Below the pieces are notes generated by a model. It did no database searches. It was given only the letters and a program-made list of their open reading frames with translations, and was not told the origin of the DNA. From the NCBI RefSeq assembly GCF_009914755.1, contig NC_060926.1: 64,000 nt of DNA; one strand, 5' to 3'. This document shows positions 19,549-51,907 of this stretch, piece after piece; position 1 is the stretch's first letter; the number at the start of each line of letters is the position of its first letter. This DNA comes from the human T2T-CHM13v2.0 reference genome, Homo sapiens. The translations under genes and the position numbers were made by a program.

Positions 19549-20002
19549 GTGAGTGTTAATGATAAAAAAAAGAAAATAGCTACTTCACCTCAGATACTTG
19601 AAAGAACTTTGATTAAGACAAAGAATGAACATATTCAATCTGCTAAAGGCATTTCTTCAATAAGGGTCTAACTATCAGACTGGAGCCACGGAAGGCAGAA
19701 TATGGAACCCTAATACATTTGCATGCAACTGAAATTTTGTTTTTGCCTACAAAAGGAGATACATGGAAAAAAGGGAATACTTTGGACAGAAAATCAAGAC
19801 ACAAATCAGGCACTGCCAAAAATAAATCACATAAAACTTTTTCTTTGAATTAAGAGAATTTATACAAATTTGACTTCATAAACAAAAGAAACTATACATC
19901 AATAATTACCATAAGGCATTATTGCTCCTAAAGTATTTGCCACCAAAAATAAGTCATTGTATAATTCTAATTTTAATAATCTTAATTACGACACAATTTA
20001 GG

Positions 20003-20008
20003 TTTATT
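20003..20008 (-). terminator. Candidate PECR poly(A) signal AATAAA (a second candidate, ATTAAA, at 19972-19977)
   Basis: First canonical hexamer I found downstream of the stop; actual cleavage site cannot be seen. Confidence 0.45.
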
Positions 20009-20024
20009 TTCTACCTTTATAATT

Positions 20025-20359
<335 letters not shown>

Positions 20360-20709
20360 TCTACCTTTACAATTAAATAATAAAATCTTCTGGGAGTTCA
20401 TGATCCCTAGAATTATCATTGATTTAAAATTATTCCATTTTTCAAATACTTTTCTTAGAAATAAAAAGTAAAGTCATTAAAATATGTTAATTTCTGTTAC
20501 TTATACATTTTTAAATCATAGGTTAAAAGACTCTGATTGGGACATAAGACTGTATATATTTCAGGAATAGTTTTTCCATAGATATAATTAATAACACTTA
20601 AAAATAAGAAAAATGTTTTCCATACCAACTATAAGCTTTTAAAAAGTACAGAAGCATATCCTCAAGATGTGAAGGCACTGGGGGATGGAGGACACCTTGT
20701 TTCCTCAGC

Positions 20710-20847
<138 letters not shown>

Positions 20848-21174
20848 TCACTCCCACCAAATCCTCTTGTTAATTTCCCTGGTTCACACATTTTCTCAGC
20901 ACCAAAAAATAAATCCTTAGGGCAAACATTTGAGAAAAGACTTCAATTTGAATCTCAGGTCTGCCACACGTTAGCTTTCCTGAATTTGGGCACATGTCTC
21001 TTCCTGAGCCTCAGTTTCCTCCTCTATTAAAGGATACAACAATATCTACCTTTTAAAGTTGTGAGGGTTAAATATGACACCATGTGTGCAGTGCTTCGCA
21101 TACTGTGGATCGTCAATAAATAGTGTCTCCTTAATAATCACAATTTAAAAATAGTGTCCTTACTTTGTACCAGG

Positions 21175-21680
21175 CACTGCTACTTGCCTCTCCAGCATCC
21201 AGGTCCCCATCTCTTCTTTCCAACAGCTTGTTTCCATTTAACGATCTAGAAGGTGCCAGGGAAGCTTGGCACCAAGGCATGTGGTCTAAGCTAAGTCAGT
21301 CAGTGCACTATAACCCCGCCACAGTTATTGGTTGGAAATGGACATTTGCATAAGTTGATCGAATATAGAGTGGATCTCAGAATTTTGTTAGAAATTCTGG
21401 AACAAAGTCACTCCTCCAGCCCTCTCTCTGTGCATCTGGGTATGAACACAGAAGTATCAGCCTTACACATAGAAACAGCAGGCAGCCATCCTGCAATGAG
21501 GAGAGCCTGCCTTAAGATAGAGCCAACACCATGGAGGCAAAAACAGGAAACAGGGGAAAAACTTGTCCTTGATGAGATCAGTGAGCTACTAAGTCAAGTC
21601 TTACCTGTTTTTCAGTTATGTGCCAGCGAATTCCTTTACTGATGAGCCCATTTTGAGTTGTGACTAAAAGCATCCAATTC
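21175..21680 (+). mobile_element. MLT1-like MaLR LTR
   Basis: GGCAGCCATC ... AATTCCTTTA ... GTGACTAAAAGCATCC pattern. Confidence 0.45.
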
Positions 21681-21689
21681 GACAAATGA

Positions 21690-22326
<637 letters not shown>

Positions 22327-22948
22327 GTCCCTTATCTAATTTAATCCTCCCAACAGCTCTATGAAATAAATACTGTATGTGTCCCTGCATACAGGAACAA
22401 AATAGAGGCTTATAGAAATTAACTTTCTCACAATCATACGGCTAATAAGGGTAGAGCCAAGTTTCCATCTTAGGCATTCTCACCTTGGAGCTGCCAATCT
22501 TAAAAGAAAACACCATAGTGAAAGGCTGAATAATCTCATTATTCGGGGGGCAGTATATTCTTAAAAGATAGATGTACCTGCTTTCCTCAAAAACTGAAAA
22601 AAATATTTTTAATGATAAAAAGTGTTAGAATTACAAAAGAAAATCATGTCACTGAAGGCCTAAGGAAGAAGCTATTTGAAATTTCTTTCCCTTCTAAAGG
22701 TAAAACAGTGCAACCTGCGATAAGAAATAGTGACTGAAGTCCACTGTGAGAGAAGTGGAAAGATTCTCTCCACCCTCACTACTTGGAATTTTTTTCAGAA
22801 AACAATATGGCAAAACCATGTAGGTATTTCTTCTTTCCAACCAAGACCCTTAAAACTACAGTATCCTATGGACATCACCACATTGATGTTATTAGTAATG
22901 AAATACATGTGGGAGGGGAAAATAATAAGTAAAATTAAAGTTCTATAC

Positions 22949-23784
22949 TGTGATATTGTGAAACATATATTTGGTCTTCAACCCCATCTCCCGCATACAA
23001 CTCCTAATATCCTAGACTCGCCAAAGTGATGTGTTCTTATATGTTAATGATTGACTGATGGCTGGCAGCCCCTAGTTAGCTTCAGTATAGGGGCTGGTCA
23101 CCAGACAGACCAAGGCATGATTACAGGGTTGGGACCTTCAGCCCATACCCACCCCACAACCTCTGGGGAGGTAAGAGGGGCTGAAGGTTAAGTTGATCAC
23201 CAGTGGCTGATGGTTTAATCAACCATGCCTATGTAATGAAGCCTCCATAAAAACCCAAAGGACTGGGTTCAAGAGCTTCCAGATAGCTGAACACATGAAG
23301 GTTCCTGGCAGGTGGTGGGGCCAAAAAGGACACAGAAGCTACGTGCCCCTTCTCACATGCCTTGCCCTGTGCACCCCTTCGGCTGTATCTCCTGTAATAT
23401 CCTTTATCATAAACCAGTAAATCGAAGTGTTTTCCTGAGTTGTGTGAGCTGCTCTAGCAAATTACTCCAACCCAAAGAGGGGGTCGTGGGAACCCCAACT
23501 TGAAGCTAGTCAGTCAGAAGTTTTAGAGGCCCAGACTTGTGATGGTGTCCAAAGCAGGGGGCATCCTGTGGGACTGAGCCCTCAGCCTGTGGGATCTGAT
23601 CCTATCTCCAGTGTCAGAACTGAATGAGAGGACGCCCAGCTGGGGTCTGCTGCAGAACTGCTTGCTTGGTTGCTGTGCGGGGGAAGTAACCCCAAACAAC
23701 TGGTCACAGAAGTCTTCCGTGCTAATGGTTGTTGTGTTGTGAGAGCAGAGGAAAACCAGTTTGAGTTTTTGCTCGCCTCTCACA
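22949..23784. mobile_element. Solo LTR, MER21-like
   Basis: TG...CA termini; TGTGATATTGTGAAACATATATTTGGTC terminus resembles recalled MER21 consensus. Confidence 0.7.
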
Positions 23785-24189
23785 TACACCAATCATTTAT
23801 TAACGCAAAAAAGGCCTTAAGCCTTGATCAGACTGTCAGCACCTGAAAGAGTACGTAGACCCTGGGTCCTTGATATGAAATTCAGATTCACCTGGGTTAC
23901 ATCAACCATATATTAATTTGCTAGTAGCCACTTAATTATCTTTAACAACAGAAATTCAATACATTTGCATTTTATACCCTTTACTACATTTTTGGAGTGA
24001 TTTAGAGTTATTAGCTTAGATAAACCTTTTAACTTCTGTGGATTTGTTTTGTTGTTTATAAAACTAGGATACTGGACTTTGTGATCTTTTAGGACCCTTC
24101 AAACCGCAAAGTTCTGTTATCTAGTCATGAGACACACACACACATAAAGGCATTTGCATGTAATATCAATATTTGATTTAAACTTATAA

Positions 24190-24957
<768 letters not shown>

Positions 24958-25236
24958 TAGCAGGCCTGATTCTTCTGCTCAGATATGTAAGCCATTTACT
25001 GGAGGAACAAAATGGAATTAAATCTTTAAAACTATAGCATGCTCTTGCCTCTTTTCTGTCTCCTCTTTCGAAACATATACTGAGAATATTTTTCAGGGTT
25101 CAAATTCCACCAACCTATGCATGCACAAAAAGCTCAGTTCCATAATATAGATAGTTAGATATTTTCTGTGACTAGGAATATTTCATTAAAAAAATCACAT
25201 CATGAATATAAACATTTTGTACATTTTGATGTTCTA

Positions 25237-25503
<267 letters not shown>

Positions 25504-26455
25504 CTAACCGCCTCACATTCCCCAGTAAAGGCATCTCAAAGCCCATGATTGTAACATGAATCCAACAGTGTGTGCATGTGCACCACAACCTCACAGTACA
25601 TAGACAACTTCCTTTTCCTACAACTTCCCTTTCTACCTGAGCATCACCGAAATCAGGTAGGTGACTAGGGTAAAGGTGGCAAGGTATGAGGGAGCCTTAG
25701 ACGATGTCAAGCAAGCTACATGACGTCAAGAAGCCATAAGTGAACTCAGTGCTTCAGCTCTGCTCTTTCCCATTTCAAACAATTCACTTCCTTCCATGCC
25801 TTTCATTGTCCTCCACAACCCCATTTTCCATCACTACCTCGTGCCTTTTATGTTTTGGTCCCTGAAATAGTCAATGTGTCTGTTTAGCAATAAACTAGCA
25901 TTCTGGTTTGTTCAGTCTGCGGTCCTGTCAGGCCAAAAGCCCAGCAACACACATTCAAAGGAGCTCTCTACAAGAGGAACTTCAAAAACTTAGCCAGGCA
26001 CAGTGGCGGGCACCTGTGGTCCCAGCTCCTTAGGAGGCTGAGGTGGGAGCATTGCGTGGGCCTAAGAGGTTGCAGTGAGCCGAGACTGCACCACTACATT
26101 CCAGCTTGGGTGGCAGAGTGAGACTCCATTTCAAAAAAATAAAAATAAAAATAAACCAAAGGCACTTCAGACTCCCACTGTACTCCTTAAAAATTCAAAT
26201 AGGGAACTGATGAGTTCAGCAACATCTACTCCCAACCCAAACAGAAGGAAGTTATTTCACTGACTTGTAAAGGAGCTCTCACTTGAGGCTGTGGGAAGAA
26301 GCAGAGTTTCTCAAAGGGTGATGATCCAAAACACCTGCATTAGAATCACTAGGGATGCTTACTGAGACTTCAGATTCCTAGATCCTTCCAGGATCATTGC
26401 AATTGTAAGCTCTGGGGTTGGGGTCCCAGAATCTGCAGTTTAAAAGGCCCCCAGG

Positions 26456-26615
26456 CAGGGCCAGGACTAGGGTGAGGCAAATAAGGTGTCGAGGGTGCAA
26501 GATTTAAGGAGGTATTCACTCTCAGGTTTGCACAAGTGCAAAATCTTCCCTCAGAGGGAGTGGGTCCTTAAATTTTGTGTCCATGCCTTGCTTGCCTCAT
26601 CCCAGTCCTGGTCCT
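26456..26615. mobile_element. MER96-like palindromic hAT MITE (paralogous copy at ~2870-3030)
   Basis: CAGGGCCAGGACTAGGGTGAGGCAA ... TTGCCTCATCCCAGTCCTGG inverted ends. Confidence 0.55.
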
Positions 26616-26704
26616 ATATTCACAAGGCTATACCTCCTTGAGACTCTAAGAGCTTGGAGAGCAGCCAAGCCTTCTCTCCATCCTTGTATTCCCAGCAGCT
26701 AGTA

Positions 26705-27060
26705 CAGTGTTGCACTATCTAAAACGAGGCCATTAGACATAGTCGCCTACTCAAACACTTTCAGTATGACTGGTCCAAATTGAGACGTGCTGTAAGTATA
26801 GAACACACACTGGATTTTGAAGACTGAGTATGGGAAAAATAATGTAAAATATCTCATTAATCCTGGATGCTCCGAGGGATGAAGAAAATCTTCTCAATTT
26901 TCCATGTTGATTACATGTTGAAATGACGATGTTTTGGATGTATTAGGCTAAGTCAAATATATTATTAAAATTAATTTCACCTCTTTTTACTTTATGTGGC
27001 TCCTGGTAAGTTTAAAATTACAAATGTGACTATTAGTATATTTCTACTGGACAGGGCTGG
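26705..27060. mobile_element. MER33/MER3-like hAT-Charlie MITE
   Basis: AATTGAGACGTGCTGTAAGTATAG ... TATATTTCTACTGGACAGGGCTG. Confidence 0.6.
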
Positions 27061-27332
27061 TATAGAATTCACTATTTAAAAGGTCCCACATTACTGTGAA
27101 AAGGCAGATTGTACTGAGACATGGTAACAAGCAACAGAGCTGGTTTTAACCCTGTTTGATCCAGTAGTGACAACTCAGCCAATGAACATGTTTGTTAAAG
27201 TCAGCGCATCAAAAAGAGACTTGCTCCAATGAGCTCCTTTCTGAAATGCCATCCAGACAACAACCATCCCACCCAAGTAGTCACAACCTCTAACAATCTG
27301 TAAACCACACTCCCTCAAAAACACAAAAAACC

Positions 27333-28047
<715 letters not shown>

Positions 28048-28415
28048 TCCCAAAGTATTCTATCAAAAATAAAAATGTAATATAATTGCCTTGATTAAAA
28101 TTCATTAAATATTACTCTTAGTTTTCAGAATACAAATCCAAAGACCTTGGTTAACATGGCTCATCAAATGTTTGATTTAACAGTATCTTCCAAAATACAA
28201 TGCAAGTCTATTTTGGTTCAGGAACTCTGTTTCTAGAAACATATCCCCTCACCCAAGAGTACATGATTATATTCATAATGTTCATTGCAGAATTACTGCA
28301 AGAACAAAAATATAAATAAAATCCAAATCATAATGGGATTTGATGATATTATAGTATACCCATAACAAGTTTCAGAAAATAACACAGAGTAAATTCTGTT
28401 TTCGTAAAAAAGTCA

Positions 28416-28715
<300 letters not shown>

Positions 28716-29421
28716 TCAACAAATACAAATTTTTAATGCATGCAAAGTACATTTCTGGAAAGACATTCACCAAACTGATAATAAAAGCTAGTTCTAAGCA
28801 TGATAACTCTTTTAAAGAGTTTCATGGGCTTGCTTTTATAATTATCACTTCAATAAATCTGAAAGTTATTTTGTATATAATACAGGATAGGGAGTCTAAT
28901 TTATTACTAAACGGCCAAATGCCCCCAACACTTTGCTGAGTGTTTTATCCTTTCCTTACAGATTGAAATGCTACTTTGACTCCATAAACTCCCACATATG
29001 GTTCCAATTCAAGAATCTGTTCTGTTCTACTATTTTTAATATGTTTCATTACCAGCACCAGATGCTGTAAATAAATACAGCTTCATAGTATGTAAATACA
29101 CAGTACATAAATAAATATAGCTTCATGGTTTCATTATACCATGAAGGGTAATCCTCCCATTATTCATTTTCAAAACATTTTTGGCAATTTTTGCATACAT
29201 ATTTTTGATAGAATCAGCGTGTTAAATTCCCAAAAGATATTAAATTTATAATTTAGGGAAACCTGACTTTTTAATAAAATTGGTTCTCCCCATCAAGGAA
29301 TATTATATGCCCCTAATCTGGTCTTTTTGCTGCTTCACAGAAAAAGGGGTTTTTTTGTTTTGTTTTGTTTTTTTCATTTATGAAACTGATGCACTGCCTA
29401 CTGCCCTAAGGAGGCAGGTGA

Positions 29422-30300
<879 letters not shown>

Positions 30301-30672
30301 CCGCTGCTGGCAGTTTGGAAAGCTGCTGATTTTACAGACTTCAACCTTAACCGAAATCTCATGTGGAACTTCATATGGCCATAGTTGTCTAATTTGCTTA
30401 GGGTCCTGTGTACCAACAAATGCCATGTAATAAAATAATGTAGCTGAAAATACAGTAAAACAAACTAACAAAAAAAATGCTGTTATTAATTTATACCACA
30501 TTCACTCTCAAGTACAGATTGCTGTCAGTAGCCAAAGCACAACCAGAATATCCCTGACAGCCAGAAAGAACAGGGGAAATGTTCTGCTGGCAGTGGGAGA
30601 AATAATGTCGTCCAGACCGCATAAAAATGACACTGAATTACAAATTCCAAAGTATAACACACAGCAATTCTA

Positions 30673-30813
<141 letters not shown>

Positions 30814-31302
30814 TTAAAAATAAAACAGGGACAAAATAAAGTGTATTATATTAAATTTTAATTATAAAGATATCAAGATACTCTACTGGCATTTCAAACA
30901 TTAAGTAGCTTAAGTCAAAAAAAAGTTAACAGTGCTGATATTAAATTTCCTCCATGTTGTCAAAGAAGTACAGTCCCCACCATCCACAAATGGATGATCT
31001 GAATAGTTATTTTGTGACCTCCTCTTCCTCCTAACCATGCCCTGGATTTTTTCATGAAAGACTTGTTTTCTGAAGGTCATGATTGTGTAAGTAAATGAAA
31101 GAGGCACTTAACTGGGAACAATGGGACAGGGGACTCTGTCTATTTTAGTTTCCATTTGGCTTCTCTGCTTTACAAGAGAAGACTGGGCAATGGCTATGTG
31201 AGACTTAGAAAAATGCAATATTTTCTTGGCTTTTTACCTAGATTGAAATCGCAAATAAAGCATTTGAGTCCAATACCAATAAACTAAATTTTTCATTGTT
31301 TA

Positions 31303-33726
<2,424 letters not shown>

Positions 33727-33809
33727 TTATACAACTAATTAGGAAAACTCTTTCAATCAAAGGTATTTGAAATCAGCTGGTAAAAAACAGATTATTTAGT
33801 AAATAATGG

Positions 33810-36912
<3,103 letters not shown>

Positions 36913-37780
36913 CACTTGTAATAGGACTAAACCTAGTACATAAATATTCCCAAAAAAGGACAACTAGATAATGCTCCCCCAAACTATGACTCCCAAATCC
37001 TCATCATTCTTGAGCTTTTCTTTGTAATACATACTTGAATATAAATGTTTTCCTTCTCAACCATTAAGAGTAAAAAGATCCTCCAAAGAAATGCCTTAGT
37101 TGTGATAACCCTGCAGATTTAAGCGCCCTCCTGGATGCACAGCCCCAGAGCCCCAGGGCCACAGGCTCTAGTGTAGGAACCCCTGATGCACTTCAAACTC
37201 CTCTCCCTGGTAGTTAAGGCCTTTTGTGACTCCCACTCCATTCCAAGGTATTAATTTCCATTTAGCCGTACCACCCATCATCACAAAGAATTATTTGTAG
37301 TTCCCAAAAGTGCCACAGTGTCTCAAATTTCTGTGTCTTTACACAGTAAATGTCTCATTGACTTGCCTTCCTTTCTCCTCCTCATATGTCACCAAACTCG
37401 AGTTCACCTTTGAGACATGTCGCCTGGATGCTGCCCTCCTCTGTGCTCCTTTTATCTTGCACACTTGCAAATACCTTTACTGGAATATCCAACACCTTCT
37501 CTCTCTAGCTGATTATTTTCATGCTTTGCTCCCCTACTAGTTGTAGACTCCCTCAGAGTGTGGATGGTATCTGATTCATTTTAGTATTTCCAGATGTATC
37601 TTGCACATGTACCTGTATTGGTCAAGTAAACAAGCGACAGCCAACAGTTTCAATTTGTCTCTTAAGAGAGCTAAAATTTAAAAAAAAGGAGTGCTCAATC
37701 TCTGACATTCATCCTCCTCTTCTATTGTAGAGGATACCTAAAGCCATGTCTTTCAAATTGTAAATTACAACACAATGCTA

Positions 37781-38185
<405 letters not shown>

Positions 38186-40322
38186 ATCAGAGTGCACAAT
38201 ACATAGTAAGAATGTTTGCTTCACGAATTTTGTTTTGCCTATAGACACATATACACATATGTGTTTACTAGGTCAAGATGTAAAATTTCTTACTATGAGT
38301 CATGGTCCAAAGTGTGAAGGCCACTGGAAAAGGAAACGATTCTTAAGAGAACAAAAGCAAGAAGTATCTGAAACACTTCTTTTCCATGTTAAAGACAAGC
38401 TGTGTTTTTTTTCTAGCCAACCGAATATCAGAAAAGCCAGTGATTTCATTTCAAAAATGTATTTTAAGAAAAGAAACTCTCATTACTTCTTACATATGCA
38501 TGAAAGAGGACACATTTCACTCATAAAGGAACTACAACTTTTCTAAAGGGCAGTTTGGCAATATCTCTTAAAATTACAAAGGCATTTGGCTTTGGACTTA
38601 GCAATTATACCTCTTGCAATTTAGGCTACACACTATCTGATGTACAGAAAATGTTACTTACTGCAGGTGTTTAGTTTGGTTTTGGTAATAACAAAAGGTT
38701 GGAAACAACCCAAATGCTCACCAACTGGAAAATGGTTACACAAATCATTCCTTACTTATGGTTTATAAAAGTGGCATATTAGCCATAAAAAAATAAGAAG
38801 AAATCTCTTTAGACTCTGTTAAGAAAATATCTCCAGGATATTTGCTTCATTTGAGAACATCAAGATACAGAATAGTGTTTATAGCATCCTAAATTTGTGG
38901 TTAAAATGTAGGAAAAAGATATGCCCCCAAAACTATTAACACTAGTTGCCTGTGAGGATGGGAAATGCCAGAAAGAACCTACAATCTGAATTATTTCTTC
39001 CAAGATGCTAAAATAGGTAAATACATTTAGTAAAGAATAATGAGCAGGAAAAGAAGGTAGAGTGGTATCAATGGCCTGCACACCATTTTTTACTCTGTTT
39101 TTAGTAACATCACATTGATTTCCACTTGAGGAAGTACCTCTTGCCTGTTCTCAGTCCATGTCTGAGCGATGATGACCACAGTTCCTCATTCCTCAGGCTG
39201 ACCATGCATAGCAGAGCAACCTCATTTCTACAGTTTTTGGTTAATGACTGAACACATAACCAGGCAGGGTCAGTTAATGAGTATCCTCTCTGGGACCTGC
39301 TGGCACCATTAATATTGTTTTTGCTGGCATGACTTGAGAGGCACTCTCTCACTGGAGAGTTAAGAACAGCTAGAGTGTTGACCTGTAACTCTTGCTAGTA
39401 CTCGCCTTTTGCCACACCTAGAGACAGCCTGCCTGAGAATGTACGCAGACATGAAGAAAGCAAAACCAAAAGGAGAGGCAGCTTCCTGCTAACATTGTGG
39501 CTGAACCTAACATGCCCTTTCCGCAGTGGCTCTGCAGGTACCAGGATCCCCTCCAGGGCTTGCACGACGGCTGCGCTCTGCCCCCAGAGTTTCTCTTGCA
39601 GCAGATCTGGTGTGGGGCTGGATAATTTGCTGTGCTAACAACTTCTCCCAAGTGATGGGGATGTGGCTGGTCTGGAAGCCACTTTTGGAGAACCACTGCC
39701 CTAGATTTTTACTTAAGCCAAGTTGAATTTTATTTTTATCCTATACATGTTTGGGAGTTCTGCATAATCCAGGAAATGAGCAGGGTACTAAAATTTGCAT
39801 AAAGGAGGCATGCTGTCTGTGTACAGAGTGGCTAATCAGAGGCACAAAACCTTAGAAACTTTTGGAGAAAAAATCCTGGATTATCTGTTAGGAGGAACAA
39901 CTTAGCAGTCCTGTGTAAAATCAAGTAGCTATATTAATGGTATTCAAATCTAAATTAACACAGATTAGTTTCATTTCTATACTTTAACAAATAAGCTATT
40001 CCTAGACAGTGATGGCCAGTTTAGTCACATCGGGATTAGAGTTGCCCAAGAAAACACAAGACATCCAGTTTAATCTGAACATCAGACAAAAAACAAATAC
40101 TATTTTCCCTTTCCTTGGTAAATCTGGCAGTCCGCATCTGGATGAAAATGTTTTAGAAGTACTTTGAATTTTAAGTTCAAATAAAATAAAATGTTAACTG
40201 TTAGAATCACAGCTCATTAAAGGTATTAATGATCTTGATTTAAGAAATGTTCCCTAACATGCTTCCCCCAATCAGAAGACAAAACTCAAAGACTTAGAAA
40301 GAAAACTATATAAAAACGCTTA

Positions 40323-40424
<102 letters not shown>

Positions 40425-40534
40425 TCAATCATTAAATTTTTAAAGTATCCTGGCCCTCCTGATACCTTGTTTCAGCACACTGCCTGTTTGATATGTTTTA
40501 CACGTCCATTTACATTTCCTTATAAAAAGCCTGA

Positions 40535-41570
40535 CTGAGGTAAAATTTATACATCATAAAATTCATCTACTTTAAGTGTGCAATGTAATGACTTTTAATA
40601 AATATACGGAGTTATGCAACCATTACCACAATCCAGCTTGAGAACCTTTCCATCACCCCAAAAAGTTCCTTCACACCCATCTGCAGCTTAACCCATCCCC
40701 AGGTAAACACTCATCTTTCTGTTTCTCTAGATTTGCCTTTACCTTTTCGAAAATCTAATGTAAAGTGAATCACACAATACGTGGTCTTTTGTGTCTAACT
40801 TCTTCCACTTAGAATCATGTTTGTGAGGTTCATCCACGTTGTAATGTGTTAATAGTTCCTTTTTGATTGCCGAGTAGTATTCCATTATGTGGATATGCCA
40901 TGTTTTATTTATCCACTTATCAGCTGATAAACATTTGGATAGTTCCACTTTGGAGCAATTATGAATACAAATCTTTGTGTGGTCATATGTTAACTCTGTT
41001 TAGCTTTTAAAGAAACTGCCAAATGGTTTTCCAAAGTGTCCCTCCCCATTTTACATTGTTCTCAGAAATGCATGGGGGATGTAGTTTCTACACGCCACTG
41101 CTGTCTGATTTTTTGATAATAGCCATCTAGTGGGTGTGAAGTGGTATCACACTGGAGTTTTTATTTGCATTTCCCTAATGACTATAATCATGTTGATCTA
41201 TATATCTAGCCTATGTCAGTACCACACTGTCTTAAAATCAAGAAATAGCTTTGCAATCAAGAAGCATTAAGTCCTCCAACTTTCTTCTTTTGCAAAATTG
41301 TTTTGGCTATTCTGGGCCCTCTGCATCTCCATATGTAGTTTAGGATCAGTTTGTTAATTTCTACAAAAATTGACAGGGATTGCTCTGAATCTACAGATCA
41401 ATTTGGGAAGAACTAACACATTAACAATATTGGACCTTCTAACCCATAAACACTGAATATTTTTACATTATTTAAATCTTCTTTGATTTCTCTCAGCAAT
41501 GTCTGGCAGTTTGTGGCATACAAGTCTTACACTTTTTTGTTAACCTCATTGTTAAATATTTTATTATTTA
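40535..41570 (-). mobile_element. Old L1 (L1M-type) 3' fragment
   Basis: Antisense remnant KWINKTWHIHIMEYYSAIKK, typical of the L1 ORF2 C-terminus. Confidence 0.75.
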
Positions 41571-41808
41571 TATATGCTTGAAAACATATATGAAAAATAT
41601 ATGAAAACATATAAAACCATTTGATTTTAGCACAAGAAAGGAGAATAACCATTTAAATTATTCTACACACACCTTCCGCTTCTGGATAAATACCACCATA
41701 TACATATATTTATTTATTTCCTAGTTCTGAAAATGTCTACAAGTAATGATAACCCAGTAGTAGTGAACACATGTAGTACCCAAATCTCGCCTTCTAAAAA
41801 TCATTCCC

Positions 41809-45528
<3,720 letters not shown>

Positions 45529-45614
45529 TAGCAAGGTATCTTGGATTGGTAAGACATTGCTGATTTGCCTGTTAGAAGGAGTGAAAGCACAGAGTTACAA
45601 AGCTTGGGTTAGAG

Positions 45615-46080
45615 ACCACTAGATGTCTCCCAATACTCATTCTCCCTTTCTTCCATAGAAATAGAATTTGTTTTAGGCACATAGCTGCCCACCTAAGGAC
45701 TCTATTTCCCAGTTTCTTTTACAGCTAGGTATGATCATTTAACTGAATTCTAGCTGACGAATGTGAGCAAACATCATGGTGCTACTTCCAGATGGTGCCC
45801 ATAAAAGGAATGGGTGAGCACTACCCTTTTTCCCCATTCCTGTTGTCTGGAATGCAGATTTGATAGCAAGAACTGGAGCAGCCCTCTTGAATCATGAAAT
45901 GGAAACCACAGGTCAAGAACAGTGGAGCAATAAGAAGGATCTTCAGTTCCTAATGATTATGAAACTACCATATAATCCTTACACTACCTACCTGGACTTT
46001 TTATGTGAGAAAAATAAACTCATATTCAAGCCCTGTTGTTTCTGGGTTTTTCCACTGGAACAACCCAACTTGTATCACGA
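45615..46080 (+). mobile_element. MLT1-like MaLR LTR
   Basis: TTTCCCAGTTTCTTTTACAGCTAGGT ... GAGAAAAATAAACT ... TTCAAGCC pattern. Confidence 0.5.
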
Positions 46081-46647
46081 CTTAGACAGAGGTTGATTCT
46101 GCTAGTTAGGTAGAGATGTCTGCAAGACCTCTGACTTGTAGATACTAAGAATATAAAGCCTAATTCATGTTGGCATGAAGACCCTTTGAGATAGGGTTGT
46201 ACTTGTTCTGTATTTTTCATCATAAGAAGATTTGGGTAGTTTTTACAAAATCTCTTGAGTTACCCAACTCAGGAGTTCAGTACTAACCACCCACGAAACA
46301 TGACCTTTAATCCAAAGACTATGTATGCATGCTAATTAGTTGTTAGAGAGCATACAGACTCTGTCTCTGGTATTCTCCCTGAATTTATTAATTGGTTCTG
46401 CTAAAAGATTTAATAGATTCATTCTTAAAAACAGAGTAAGTGTGAGAGTTTTCTCCAATTTTATGAACAAATTAATAGCTAAATCTATGTACAGATCATT
46501 AATAATTTTCTCATAATAAATTCCAAGAAATAAAATGATGAGATTGAAGGATATCCACATTTTATAAATATTGCCAAATTACTATACTGAAATGTACCAA
46601 TTTACATTCCTATGTTGTAAGTGAGAAAATCCAGCCAATAAATGTTA

Positions 46648-46899
<252 letters not shown>

Positions 46900-47263
46900 C
46901 TAAAGAAGAACAGTAGAAGTTACTAAAAGGAAAAGTTTAATAGCCTAACTTGCTACCTCGCCTGATTGATTGCTCTAGACAGAGTTTGCAATCTCTCACA
47001 GTGAACAGTCACTCCAAGTGCCACAATGAATGAACATGCAGCAATGAATAAGACTAAAAATCCTACACCAATGAGTAATGTACCAGCACCCAATACCCAC
47101 AGATCACAAAGCTAAAACTGTAATTTTGACGACAAGATATATCCAAGGGCCTGGAACACCCTTGAGTAGGGCAGGCCTCTGTCATATATTAATTTGACAG
47201 CTACCAACCCAGAATAAACAGTGATGAAATCAGATTAAAATGAACATTAAAAAATGACTTAAA

Positions 47264-47563
47264 GGGCAAGGCACGGTGGCTCACACCTGTAATCCTAGCA
47301 CTTCGGGAGGCCGAGGCAGGCAGATCACCTGAGGTCAGAAGTTTGAGACCAGCCTGGCCAACATGGTGAAACCCGTCTTTATGAAAAATACAAAAATTAG
47401 CTGGGCATGGTGGCATGCACCTATAGTCCCAGCTACTCAGGAGGCTGAGTCAGGAGAATTGCTTGAACCTGGGAGGTGTAGGTTGCAGTGAGCCGATATA
47501 GTGCCACTGCCTTTCAGCCTGGGCAACAGAGGAAGACTTTGTCTCAAAAAAATAAAAATAAAA
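47264..47563 (+). mobile_element. Alu (S) in intron 2
   Basis: TSD-like aaaatga(aga)cttaaagg. Confidence 0.9.
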
Positions 47564-47758
47564 ATGAAGACTTAAAGGACAAAAGGCCATCTTTAGCTGG
47601 ACCACATTCTTGCCTCCCTTCCTCTCCTTCTCCAGGATTCGCCGGCTCAGTAAATCATTAACATGAGAATCTCTTTCACAGCCTCTGCTTCTAGTGAGCC
47701 TCATCTAAGACAGCTACAATAGGAGAACCTGAAGCATAGCCAGGTTTAAGAAACACTA

Positions 47759-48048
<290 letters not shown>

Positions 48049-48112
48049 AGTTGTCCAAATTCCAACAATAATAATATTGAAAAAATATATCATGTGTTCC
48101 ATTTTTTAAAGT

Positions 48113-51387
<3,275 letters not shown>

Positions 51388-51907
51388 TCATGACATTGAA
51401 AGTATAAAGGATAAAATGTTGGAAGCTGATCGAAACATAGAAAGGAGTACAATAATTTAACAAGGTACAGAAAAAAATGCTTGCTCTATATCATAAGGTA
51501 TACAATGAGAAGGCAAGCACTAATCGAATGACTCGACACACTTCACATGAAAATAAAACAGTTTAATTTTCAATACTGAGGTTTTTAAATTTTTATTTTT
51601 AACTGACAAATAACTATACATCTATGGGGTAAAATGTGATATTTTGATATATAAATATATTGTGGAATGATGAAATCAGGCTAATGTATCTATCACCTCT
51701 TATCATTTCTTTGAGCTAAGAACCACTTTGAGCTAAATCCACTATTCTCGGAATTTTGAAATACACAATGCATTACTAACTATAGCCATCATGCTGTGCA
51801 ATAGATCATCAGAACTTATTCCTCCTGTCTAAATGAAACTTTGTACTCTTTGACCAACATCTCCCCAGTGAAACTGGTCTACTTTTATTATTTTTTTCAT
51901 GTCCCTC